Assembly (NCBI GenBank): GCA_040954595.2
Contig: CM082584.2
Span: forward strand, 13,828,896-13,892,895
Length of the DNA stretch: 64,000 nt
Reading direction: 5' to 3'
Source: Balanoglossus misakiensis
Lineage: Eukaryota > Animalia > Hemichordata
Shown here: positions 50,791-63,800 of the stretch, piece by piece
Layout of the letters: every line of letters starts with the position of its first letter
Position numbering within the stretch: the first letter of the stretch is position 1
Made by a program: the position numbers and the translations under genes
Notes under the pieces: model-generated
Databases searched by the model: none
What the model was told of the DNA's origin: nothing
The model's input: only the letters and a program-made list of their open reading frames with translations

Positions 50791-51610
50791 GATGAAGTCT
50801 GAATGCCAGATAAAGAGAAGACATAGATTGTCAGTCAGCATTTTAGGAGTTTATAATGAGAATGAAGAGAAAACTTATAGATTGTCTTCTGTCCAGTTTT
50901 CTATTAAAGTGTCACAATCTCTCTTTTTGAGCTTTGAATGTTGTCAAGTATACATTGAATACTTGCATTAGATTTCTGTGTTAAAATATAATGATTTTTA
51001 ACTTCATCATTCTGTATCAAACAAAATTAATCTCTAAAAGATAAAAAATAGAGAATGTTGCTGTTTAATCTATTTATCCAGTGGGGACTATGACATTGAC
51101 TTTCCTTACATGTTCCCTTGAGCCCACTGGTTATATGTTATGATAAGGAAGGATTCAGATTAGGACACAGTATTACTTATCTAACTGTAGCCTAAATGTC
51201 CATAGATACAGTATTTCTTAGAATCACAAGTTTGCACAGACCAAACTTTGTTCAGTGAATTTTGCAGTCAAAGCAAATTGATTCAATCTGTGAAATTGTT
51301 TGTGCCATTTCAGCCAGCACACTCAAACACTAACCCTAACCCTAACTCTAACCCTAACCTTAACCCTTACCCTAACCCTTACCCTAACAACTAATACTTA
51401 GGCTGGAATGGTATAAACAGGCTCAGGGAAACTCTTTTTAATAATGGGCTCCAATTTGTTCACCAGTTAAAAGTTCACAGATGAAAATATGTTTATGTAT
51501 TGTATTTTAATTCAATTCAATTACCTGTCATTCCCAAAACCTGATAGTGAAGGTCAGGAAAATTAATAAATTTGAATTGTATGGGTACAGAAATGTCCTC
51601 TATGTATGCA
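50788..51610 (+). repeat. Right copy of the ~1-kb module (lacks the TACA tract, carries a telomere-like tract)
   Basis: Colinear with 35080-36300, with two internal gaps relative to it. Confidence 0.85.
51330..51388 (+). repeat. Interstitial telomere-like (CCCTAA)n tract, about 10 imperfect units
   Basis: CTAACCCTAACCCTAACTCTAACCCTAACCTTAACCCTTACCCTAACCCTTACCCTAAC. Confidence 0.85.
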
Positions 51611-51614
51611 TTTA

Positions 51615-51853
51615 TGACCCCAACCCTGACCCGTTACACCCCGCTGTTGCGGCAGACACTTGACCCCAACCCTGACCTGTTCCACCCCGCCGTTGCGGCA
51701 GACACTTGACCCCAACCCTGCCCCGTTCCACCCTGCCATTGTGGCAGACACTTGACCCCAACCCTGCCCCCTTCCACCCTGCCGTTGCTGCAGACATTTG
51801 ACCCCAAACCAGCCCAGTTACACCCCGCCGTTGCCTCAGACACTTGACCCCAA
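51615..51853 (+). repeat. 46-bp GC-rich minisatellite, about 5 diverged units
   Basis: TGACCCCAACCCTG.CC.GTT.CACCC.GC.GTTGCGGCAGACACT starts at 51615, 51661, 51707, 51753 and 51799, with a partial unit at 51845. Confidence 0.9.
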
Positions 51854-54800
51854 CGACAGGAAGTGGAGGGCAACCTGGCCCCCTTCGACCGCCACGTTAC
51901 GACCGGAAGTTGGAGGCAAACCTGATACCCAACCCCTTCTTCGACCGCCACGTTACCACCGGAAGTTGGAGGGCAAACCTGATACCCAACCCCTTCTTCG
52001 ACCGCCACGTTACCACCGGAAGTTGGAGGGCAAACCTGATACCCAACCCCTTCTTCGACCGCCACGTTACCACCGGAAGTTGGAGGGCAAACCTGATACC
52101 CAACCCCTTCTTCGACCGCCACGTTACCACCGGAAGTTGGAGGGCAAACCTGATACCCAACCCCTTCTTCGACCGCCACGTTACCACCGGAAGTTGGAGG
52201 GCAAACCTGATACCCAACCCCTTCTTCGACCGCCACGTTACCACCGGAAGTTGGAGGCCAAACCTGATACCCAACCCCTTCTTCGACCGCCACGTTACCA
52301 CCGGAAGTTGGAGGCCAAACCTGATACCCAACCCCTTCTTCGACCGCCACGTTACCACCGGAAGTTGGAGGCCAAACCTGATACCCAACCCCTTCTTCGA
52401 CCGCCACGTTACCACCGGAAGTTGGAGGCCAAACCTGATACCCAACCCCTTCTTCGACCGCCACGTTACCACCGGAAGTTGGAGGCCAAACCTGATACCC
52501 AACCCCTTCTTCGACCGCCACGTTACCACCGGAAGTTGGAGGCCAAACCTGATACCCAACCCCTTCTTCGACCGCCACGTTACCACCGGAAGTTGGAGGC
52601 CAAACCTGATACCCAACCCCTTCTTCGACCGCCACGTTACCACCGGAAGTTGGAGGCCAAACCTGATACCCAACCCCTTCTTCGACCGCCACGTTACCAC
52701 CGGAAGTTGGAGGGCAAACCTGATACCCAACCCCTTCTTCGACCGCCACGTTACCACCGGAAGTTGGAGGGCAAACCTGATACCCAACCCCTTCTTCGAC
52801 CGCCACGTTACCACCGGAAGTTGGAGGGCAAACCTGATACCCAACCCCTTCTTCGACCGCCACGTTACCACCGGAAGTTGGAGGGCAAACCTGATACCCA
52901 ACCCCTTCTTCGACCGCCACGTTACCACCGGAAGTTGGAGGGCAAACCTGATACCCAACCCCTTCTTCGACCGCCACGTTACCACCGGAAGTTGGAGGGC
53001 AAACCTGATACCCAACCCCTTCTTCGACCGCCACGTTACCACCGGAAGTTGGAGGGCAAACCTGATACCCAACCCCTTCTTCGACCGCCACGTTACCACC
53101 GGAAGTTGGAGGGCAAACCTGATACCCAACCCCTTCTTCGACCGCCACGTTACCACCGGAAGTTGGAGGGCAAACCTGATACCCAACCCCTTCTTCGACC
53201 GCCACGTTACCACCGGAAGTTGGAGGGCAAACCTGATACCCAACCCCTTCTTCGACCGCCACGTTACCACCGGAAGTTGGAGGGCAAACCTGATACCCAA
53301 CCCCTTCTTCGACCGCCACGTTACCACCGGAAGTTGGAGGGCAAACCTGATACCCAACCCCTTCTTCGACCGCCACGTTACCACCGGAAGTTGGAGGGCA
53401 AACCTGATACCCAACCCCTTCTTCGACCGCCACGTTACCACCGGAAGCTGGAGGCCAAACCTGATACCCAAACCCTTCTTCGACCGCCAGGTTACCACCG
53501 GGAGCTGGAGGGCAAACCTGATACCCAACCCCTTCTTCGACCGCCAGGTTACCACCGGGAGCTGGAGGGCAAACCTGATACCCAACCCCTTCTTCGACCG
53601 CCAGGTTACCACCGGGAGCTGGAGGGCAAACCTGATACCCAACCCCTTCTTCGACCGCCAGGTTACCACCGGGAGCTGGAGGGCAAAACCTGATACCCAA
53701 CCCCTTCTTCGACCGCCAGGTTACCACCGGGAGCTGGAGGGCAAAACCTGATACCCAACCCCTTCTTCGACCGCCAGGTTACCACCGGGAGCTGGAGGGC
53801 AAAACCTGATACCCAACCCCTTCTTCGACCGCCAGGTTACCACCGGGAGCTGGAGGGCAAAACCTGATACCCAACCCCTTCTTCGACCGCCAGGTTACCA
53901 CCGGGAGCTGGAGGGCAAACCCTGATACCCAACCCCTTCTTCGACCGCCAGGTTACCACCGGGAGCTGGAGGGCAAACCCTGATACCCAACCCCTTCTTC
54001 GACCGCCAGGTTACCACCGGGAGCTGGAGGGCAAACCCTGATACCCAACCCCTTCTTCGACCGCCAGGTTACCACCGGGAGCTGGAGGGCAAACCCTGAT
54101 ACCCAACCCCTTCTTCGACCGCCAGGTTACCACCGGGAGCTGGAGGGCAAACCCTGATACCCAACCCCTTCTTCGACCGCCAGGTTACCACCGGGAGCTG
54201 GAGGGCAAACCCTGATACCCAACCCCTTCTTCGACCGCCAGGTTACCACCGGGAGCTGGAGGGCAAACCCTGATACCCAACCCCTTCTTCGACCGCCAGG
54301 TTACCACCGGGAGCTGGAGGGCAAACCCTGATACCCAACCCCTTCTTCGACCGCCAGGTTACCACCGGGAGCTGGAGGGCAAACCCTGATACCCAACCCC
54401 TTCTTCGACCGCCAGGTTACCACCGGGAGCTGGAGGGCAAACCCTGATACCCAACCCCTTCTTCGACCGCCAGGTTACCACCGGGAGCTGGAGGGCAAAC
54501 CCTGATACCCAACCCCTTCTTCGACCGCCAGGTTACCACCGGGAGCTGGAGGGCAAAACCTGATACCCAACCCCTTCTTCGACCGCCAGGTTACCACCGG
54601 GAGCTGGAGGGCAAAACCTGATACCCAACCCCTTCTTCGACCGCCAGGTTACCACCGGGAGCTGGAGGGCAAACCCTGATACCCAACCCCTTCTTCGACC
54701 GCCAGGTTACCACCGGGAGCTGGAGGGCAAACCCTGATACCCAACCCCTTCTTCGACCGCCAGGTTACCACCGGGAGCTGGAGGGCAAAACCTGATACCC

Positions 54801-57800
54801 AACCCCTTCTTCGACCGCCAGGTTACCACCGGGAGCTGGAGGGCAAAACCTGATACCCAACCCCTTCTTCGACCGCCAGGTTACCACCGGGAGCTGGAGG
54901 GCAAAACCTGATACCCAACCCCTTCTTCGACCGCCAGGTTACCACCGGGAGCTGGAGGGCAAAACCTGATACCCAACCCCTTCTTCGACCGCCAGGTTAC
55001 CACCGGGAGCTGGAGGGCAAAACCTGATACCCAACCCCTTCTTCGACCGCCAGGTTACCACCGGGAGCTGGAGGGCAAAACCTGATACCCAACCCCTTCT
55101 TCGACCGCCAGGTTACCACCGGGAGCTGGAGGGCAAAACCTGATACCCAACCCCTTCTTCGACCGCCAGGTTACCACCGGGAGCTGGAGGGCAAAACCTG
55201 ATACCCAACCCCTTCTTCGACCGCCAGGTTACCACCGGGAGCTGGAGGGCAAAACCTGATACCCAACCCCTTCTTCGACCGCCAGGTTACCACCGGGAGC
55301 TGGAGGGCAAACCTGATACCCAACCCCTTCTTCGACCGCCAGGTTACCACCGGGAGCTGGAGGGCAAAACCTGATACCCAACCCCTTCTTCGACCGCCAG
55401 GTTACCACCGGGAGCTGGAGGGCAAAACCTGATACCCAACCCCTTCTTCGACCGCCAGGTTACCACCGGGAGCTGGAGGGCAAAACCTGATACCCAACCC
55501 CTTCTTCGACCGCCAGGTTACCACCGGGAGCTGGAGGGCAAAACCTGATACCCAACCCCTTCTTCGACCGCCAGGTTACCACCGGGAGCTGGAGGGCAAA
55601 ACCTGATACCCAACCCCTTCTTCGACCGCCAGGTTACCACCGGGAGCTGGAGGGCAAAACCTGATACCCAACCCCTTCTTCGACCGCCAGGTTACCACCG
55701 GGAGCTGGAGGGCAAACCTGATACCCAACCCCTTCTTCGACCGCCAGGTTACCACCGGGAGCTGGAGGGCAAAACCTGATACCCAACCCCTTCTTCGACC
55801 GCCAGGTTACCACCGGGAGCTGGAGGGCAAACCTGATACCCAACCCCTTCTTCGACCGCCAGGTTACCACCGGGAGCTGGAGGGCCAAACCTGATACCCA
55901 ACCCCTTCTTCGACCGCCAGGTTACCACCGGGAGCTGGAGGGCCAAACCTGATACCCAACCCCTTCTTCGACCGCCAGGTTACCACCGGGAGCTGGAGGG
56001 CCAAACCTGATACCCAACCCCTTCTTCGACCGCCAGGTTACCACCGGGAGCTGGAGGGCCAAACCTGATACCCAACCCCTTCTTCGACCGCCAGGTTACC
56101 ACCGGGAGCTGGAGGGCCAAACCTGATACCCAACCCCTTCTTCGACCGCCAGGTTACCACCGGGAGCTGGAGGGCCAAACCTGATACCCAACCCCTTCTT
56201 CGACCGCCAGGTTACCACCGGGAGCTGGAGGGCCAAACCTGATACCCAACCCCTTCTTCGACCGCCAGGTTACCACCGGGAGCTGGAGGGCCAAACCTGA
56301 TACCCAACCCCTTCTTCGACCGCCAGGTTACCACCGGGAGCTGGAGGGCCAAACCTGATACCCAACCCCTTCTTCGACCGCCAGGTTACCACCGGGAGCT
56401 GGAGGGCCAAACCTGATACCCAACCCCTTCTTCGACCGCCAGGTTACCACCGGGAGCTGGAGGGCCAAACCTGATACCCAACCCCTTCTTCGACCGCCAG
56501 GTTACCACCGGGAGCTGGAGGGCCAAACCTGATACCCAACCCCTTCTTCGACCGCCAGGTTACCACCGGGAGCTGGAGGGCCAAACCTGATACCCAACCC
56601 CTTCTTCGACCGCCAGGTTACCACCGGGAGCTGGAGGGCCAAACCTGATACCCAACCCCCTTCTTCGACCGCCAGGTTACCACCGGGAGCTGGAGGGCCA
56701 AACCTGATACCCAACCCCTTCTTCGACCGCCAGGTTACCACCGGGAGCTGGAGGGCCAAACCTGATACCCAACCCCTTCTTCGACCGCCAGGTTACCACC
56801 GGGAGCTGGAGGGCCAAACCTGATACCCAACCCCTTCTTCGACCGCCAGGTTACCACCGGGAGCTGGAGGGCCAAACCTGATACCCAACCCCTTCTTCGA
56901 CCGCCAGGTTACCACCGGGAGCTGGAGGGCCAAACCTGATACCCAAACCCCTTCTTCGACCGCCAGGTTACCACCGGGAGCTGGAGGGCCAAACCTGATA
57001 CCCAACCCCTTCTTCGACCGCCAGGTTACCACCGGGAGCTGGAGGGCCAAACCTGATACCCAACCCCTTCTTCGACCGCCAGGTTACCACCGGGAGCTGG
57101 AGGGCCAAACCTGATACCCAACCCCTTCTTCGACCGCCAGGTTACCACCGGGAGCTGGAGGGCCAAACCTGATACCCAACCCTTCTTCGACCGCCAGGTT
57201 ACCACCGGGAGCTGGAGGGCCAAACCTGATACCCAACCCCTTCTTCGACCGCCAGGTTACCACCGGGAGCTGGAGGGCCAAACCTGATACCCAACCCCTT
57301 CTTCGACCGCCAGGTTACCACCGGGAGCTGGAGGGCCAAACCTGATACCCAACCCCTTCTTCGACCGCCAGGTTACCACCGGGAGCTGGAGGGCCAAACC
57401 TGACCAACCCTTCTTCGACCGCCAGGTTACCACCGGGAGCTGGAGGGCCAAACCTGATACCCAAACCCTTCTTCGACCGCCAGGTTACCACCGGGAGCTG
57501 GAGGCCAAACCTGATACCCAAACCCTTCTTCGACCGCCAGGTTACCACCGGGAGCTGGAGGCCAAACCTGATACCCAACCCTTCTTCGACCGCCAGGTTA
57601 CCACCGGGAGCTGGAGGCCAAACCTGATACCCAACCCTTCTTCGACCGCCAGGTTACCACCGGGAAGCTGGAGGGCCAAACCTGATACCCAACCCCTTCT
57701 TCGACCGCCAGGTTACCACCGGGAGCTGGAGGGCCAAACCTGATACCCAACCCCTTCTTCGACCGCCAGGTTACCACCGGGAGCTGGAGGGCAAACCTGA

Positions 57801-60800
57801 TACCCAACCCCTTCTTCGACCGCCAGGTTACCACCGGGAGCTGGAGGGCCAAACCTGATACCCAACCCCTGCTTCGACCGCCAGGTTACCACCGGGAGCT
57901 GGAGGGCCAAACCTGATACCCAACCCCTTCTTCGACCGCCAGGTTACCACCGGGAGCTGGAGGGCCAAACCTGATACCCAAACCCTGCTTCGACCGCCAG
58001 GTTACCACCGGGAGCTGGAGGGCCAAACCTGATACCCAACCCCTGCTTCGACCGCCAGGTTACCACCGGGAGCTGGAGGGCCAAACCTGATACCCAACCC
58101 CTTCTTCGACCGCCAGGTTACCACCGGGAGCTGGAGGGCCAAACCTGATACCCAACCCCTGCTTCGACCGCCAGGTTACCACCGGGAGCTGGAGGGCCAA
58201 ACCTGATACCCAACCCCTGCTTCGACCGCCAGGTTACCACCGGGAGCTGGAGGGCCAAACCTGATACCCAACCCCTGCTTCGACCGCCAGGTTACCACCG
58301 GGAGCTGGAGGGCAAACCTGATACCCAACCCCTGCTTCGACCGCCAGGTTACCACCGGGAGCTGGAGGGCCAAACCTGATACCCAACCCTGCTTCGACCG
58401 CCAGGTTACCACCGGGAGCTGGAGGGCAAACCTGATACCCAACCCCTGCTTCGACCGCCAGGTTACCACCGGGAGCTGGAGGGCAAACCTGATACCCAAC
58501 CCCTGCTTCGACCGCCAGGTTACCACCGGGAGCTGGAGGGCAAACCTGATACCCAACCCCTGCTTCGACCGCCAGGTTACCACCGGGAGCTGGAGGGCAA
58601 ACCTGATACCCAACCCCTGCTTCGACCGCCAGGTTACCACCGGGAGCTGGAGGGCCAAACCTGATACCCAACCCCTGCTTCGACCGCCAGGTTACCACCG
58701 GGAGCTGGAGGGCCAAACCTGATACCCAACCCCTGCTTCGACCGCCAGGTTACCACCGGGAGCTGGAGGGCAAACCTGATACCCAACCCCTGCTTCGACC
58801 GCCAGGTTACCACCGGGAGCTGGAGGGCAAACCTGATACCCAACCCCTGCTTCGACCGCCAGGTTACCACCGGGAGCTGGAGGGCAAACCTGATACCCAA
58901 CCCCTGCTTCGACCGCCAGGTTACCACCGGGAGCTGGAGGGCAAACCTGATACCCAACCCCTGCTTCGACCGCCAGGTTACCACCGGGAGCTGGAGGGCA
59001 AACCTGATACCCAACCCCTGCTTCGACCGCCAGGTTACCACCGGGAGCTGGAGGGCAAAACCTGATACCCAACCCCTGCTTCGACCGCCAGGTTACCACC
59101 GGGAGCTGGAGGGCAAACCTGATACCCAACCCCTGCTTCGACCGCCAGGTTACCACCGGGAGCTGGAGGGCAAACCTGATACCCAACCCCTGCTTCGACC
59201 GCCAGGTTACCACCGGGAGCTGGAGGGCAAAACCTGATACCCAACCCCTGCTTCGACCGCCAGGTTACCACCGGGAGCTGGAGGGCAAACCTGATACCCA
59301 ACCCCTGCTTCGACCGCCAGGTTACCACCGGGAGCTGGAGGGCAAAACCTGATACCCAACCCCTGCTTCGACCGCCAGGTTACCACCGGGAGCTGGAGGG
59401 CAAACCTGATACCCAACCCCTGCTTCGACCGCCAGGTTACCACCGGGAGCTGGAGGGCAAACCTGATACCCAACCCCTGCTTCGACCGCCAGGTTACCAC
59501 CGGGAGCTGGAGGGCAAACCTGATACCCAACCCCTGCTTCGACCGCCAGGTTACCACCGGGAGCTGGAGGGCAAACCTGATACCCAACCCCTGCTTCGAC
59601 CGCCAGGTTACCACCGGGAGCTGGAGGGCAAACCTGATACCCAACCCCTGCTTCGACCGCCAGGTTACCACCGGGAGCTGGAGGGCAAAACCTGATACCC
59701 AACCCCTGCTTCGACCGCCAGGTTACCACCGGGAGCTGGAGGGCAAAACCTGATACCCAACCCCTGCTTCGACCGCCAGGTTACCACCGGGAGCTGGAGG
59801 GCAAAACCTGATACCCAACCCCTGCTTCGACCGCCAGGTTACCACCGGGAGCTGGAGGGCAAAACCTGATACCCAACCCCTGCTTCGACCGCCAGGTTAC
59901 CACCGGGAGCTGGAGGGCAAAACCTGATACCCAACCCCTGCTTCGACCGCCAGGTTACCACCGGGAGCTGGAGGGCAAAACCTGATACCCAACCCCTGCT
60001 TCGACCGCCAGGTTACCACCGGGAGCTGGAGGGCAAACCTGATACCCAACCCCTTCTTCGACCGCCAGGTTACCACCGGGAGCTGGAGGGCAAAACCTGA
60101 TACCCAACCCCTGCTTCGACCGCCAGGTTACCACCGGGAGCTGGAGGGCAAACCTGATACCCAACCCCTTCTTCGACCGCCAGGTTACCACCGGGAGCTG
60201 GAGGGCAAACCTGATACCCAACCCCTGCTTCGACCGCCAGGTTACCACCGGGAGCTGGAGGGCAAACCTGATACCCAACCCCTTCTTCGACCGCCAGGTT
60301 ACCACCGGGAGCTGGAGGGCAAACCTGATACCCAACCCCTTCTTCGACCGCCAGGTTACCACCGGGAGCTGGAGGGCAAAACCTGATACCCAACCCCTTC
60401 TTCGACCGCCAGGTTACCACCGGGAGCTGGAGGGCAAACCTGATACCCAACCCCTTCTTCGACCGCCAGGTTACCACCGGGAGCTGGAGGGCAAACCTGA
60501 TACCCAACCCCTTCTTCGACCGCCAGGTTACCACCGGGAGCTGGAGGGCAAACCTGATACCCAACCCCTTCTTCGACCGCCAGGTTACCACCGGGAGCTG
60601 GAGGGCAAACCTGATACCCAACCCCTTCTTCGACCGCCAGGTTACCACCGGGAGCTGGAGGGCAAACCTGATACCCAACCCCTTCTTCGACCGCCAGGTT
60701 ACCACCGGGAGCTGGAGGGCAAACCTGATACCCAACCCCTTCTTCGACCGCCAGGTTACCACCGGGAGCTGGAGGGCAAACCTGATACCCAACCCCTTCT

Positions 60801-63800
60801 TCGACCGCCAGGTTACCACCGGGAGCTGGAGGGCAAACCTGATACCCAACCCCTTCTTCGACCGCCAGGTTACCACCGGGAGCTGGAGGGCAAACCTGAT
60901 ACCCAACCCCTTCTTCGACCGCCAGGTTACCACCGGGAGCTGGAGGGCAAACCTGATACCCAACCCCTTCTTCGACCGCCAGGTTACCACCGGGAGCTGG
61001 AGGGCAAACCTGATACCCAACCCCTTCTTCGACCGCCAGGTTACCACCGGGAGCTGGAGGGCAAACCTGATACCCAACCCCTTCTTCGACCGCCAGGTTA
61101 CCACCGGGAAGCTGGAGGGCAAACCTGATACCCAACCCCTTCTTCGACCGCCAGGTTACCACCGGAAGCTGGAGGGCAAACCTGATACCCAACCCCTTCT
61201 TCGACCGCCAGGTTACCACCGGAAGCTGGAGGGCAAACCTGATACCCAACCCCTTCTTCGACCGCCAGGTTACCACCGGAAGCTGGAGGGCAAACCTGAT
61301 ACCCAACCCCTTCTTCGACCGCCAGGTTACCACCGGAAGCTGGAGGGCAAACCTGATACCCAACCCCTTCTTCGACCGCCAGGTTACCACCGGAAGCTGG
61401 AGGCCAAACCTGATACCCAACCCCTTCTTCGACCGCCAGGTTACCACCGGAAGCTGGAGGGCCAAACCTGATACCCAACCCCTTCTTCGACCGCCAGGTT
61501 ACCACCGGATGGAGGCAAACCTGATACCCAACCCCTTCTTCGACCGCCAGGTTACCACCGGAGCTGGAGGGCAAACCTGATACCCAACCCCTTCTTCGAC
61601 CGCCAGGTTACCACCGGGAAGCTGGAGGCAAACCTGATACCCAACCCCTTCTTCGACCGCCAGGTTACCACCGGGAGCTGGAGGGCCAAACCTGATACCC
61701 AACCCCTTCTTCGACCGCCAGGTTACCACCGGGAGCTGGAGGGCAAACCTGATACCCAACCCCTTCTTCGACCGCCAGGTTACCACCGGAAGCGGAGGCC
61801 AAACCTGCCCAACCCCTTCTTCGACCGCCAGGTTACCACCGGAAGCTGGAGGGCAAACCTGATACCCAACCCCTTCTTCGACCGCCAGGTTACCACCGGA
61901 AGCTGGAGGGCAAACCTGATACCCAACCCCTTCTTCGACCGCCAGGTTACCACCGGAAGCTGGAGGGCAAACCTGATACCCAACCCCTTCTTCGACCGCC
62001 AGGTTACCACCGGAAGCTGGAGGGCAAACCTGATACCCAACCCCTTCTTCGACCGCCAGGTTACCACCGGAAGCTGGAGGGCAAACCTGATACCCAACCC
62101 CTTCTTCGACCGCCAGGTTACCACCGGGAAGCTGGAGGGCAAACCTGATACCCAACCCCTTCTTCGACCGCCAGGTTACCACCGGAAGCTGGAGGGCAAA
62201 CCTGATACCCAACCCCTTCTTCGACCGCCAGGTTACCACCGGAAGCTGGAGGGCAAACCTGATACCCAACCCCTTCTTCGACCGCCAGGTTACCACCGGA
62301 AGCTGGAGGGCAAACCTGATACCCAACCCCTTCTTCGACCGCCAGGTTACCACCGGAAGCTGGAGGGCAAACCTGATACCCAACCCCTTCTTCGACCGCC
62401 AGGTTACCACCGGAAGCTGGAGGGCAAACCTGATACCCAACCCCTTCTTCGACCGCCAGGTTACCACCGGAAGCTGGAGGGCAAACCTGATACCCAACCC
62501 CTTCTTCGACCGCCAGGTTACCACCGGAAGCTGGAGGGCAAACCTGATACCCAACCCCTTCTTCGACCGCCAGGTTACCACCGGAAGCTGGAGGGCAAAC
62601 CTGATACCCAACCCCTTCTTCGACCGCCAGGTTACCACCGGGAAGCTGGAGGGCAAACCTGATACCCAACCCCTTCTTCGACCGCCAGGTTACCACCGGA
62701 AGCTGGAGGGCAAACCTGATACCCAACCCCTTCTTCGACCGCCAGGTTACCACCGGAAGCTGGAGGGCAAACCTGATACCCAACCCCTTCTTCGACCGCC
62801 AGGTTACCACCGGGAGCTGGAGGGCAAACCTGATACCCAACCCCTTCTTCGACCGCCAGGTTACCACCGGGAGCTGGAGGGCAAACCTGATACCCAACCC
62901 CTTCTTCGACCGCCAGGTTACCACCGGGAGCTGGAGGGCAAACCTGATACCCAACCCCTTCTTCGACCGCCAGGTTACCACCGGGAGCTGGAGGGCAAAC
63001 CTGATACCCAACCCCTTCTTCGACCGCCAGGTTACCACCGGAGCTGGAGGGCAAACCTGATACCCAACCCCTTCTTCGACCGCCAGGTTACCACCGGGAG
63101 CTGGAGGGCAAACCTGATACCCAACCCCTTCTTCGACCGCCAGGTTACCACCGGGAGCTGGAGGGCAAACCTGATACCCAACCCCTTCTTCGACCGCCAG
63201 GTTACCACCGGGAGCTGGAGGGCAAACCTGATACCCAACCCTTCTTCGACCGCCAGGTTACCACCGGGAGCTGGAGGGCAAACCTGATACCCAACCCCTT
63301 CTTCGACCGCCAGGTTACCACCGGGAGCTGGAGGGCAAACCTGATACCCAACCCCTTCTTCGACCGCCAGGTTACCACCGGGAGCTGGAGGGCAAACCTG
63401 ATACCCAACCCCTTCTTCGACCGCCAGGTTACCACCGGGAAGCTGGAGGGCAAACCTGATACCCAACCCCTTCTTCGACCGCCAGGTTACCACCGGAGCT
63501 GGAGGGCAAACCTGATACCCAACCCCTTCTTCGACCGCCAGGTTACCACCGGGAGCTGGAGGGCAAACCTGATACCCAACCCCTTCTTCGACCGCCAGGT
63601 TACCACCGGGAGCTGGAGGGCAAACCTGATACCCAACCCCTTCTTCGACCGCCAGGTTACCACCGGGAGCTGGAGGGCAAACCTGATACCCAACCCCTTC
63701 TTCGACCGCCAGGTTACCACCGGGAGCTGGAGGGCAAACCTGATACCCAACCCCTTCTTCGACCGCCAGGTTACCACCGGGAGCTGGAGGGCAAACCTGA

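Noticed and set aside
51525-51540. Minus-strand 16-nt segment bounded by CAG and GTAATT (microexon-like)
   Set aside because: It does not preserve frame, the donor is absent in the homologous left copy, and no other exons of a minus-strand gene are visible.
57170-61810. Sporadic 1-3 nt indels in satellite units near 57.2-57.7 kb and 61.5-61.8 kb
   Set aside because: They are mostly in homopolymers and not repeated in neighbouring units, so they may be sequencing or consensus errors.
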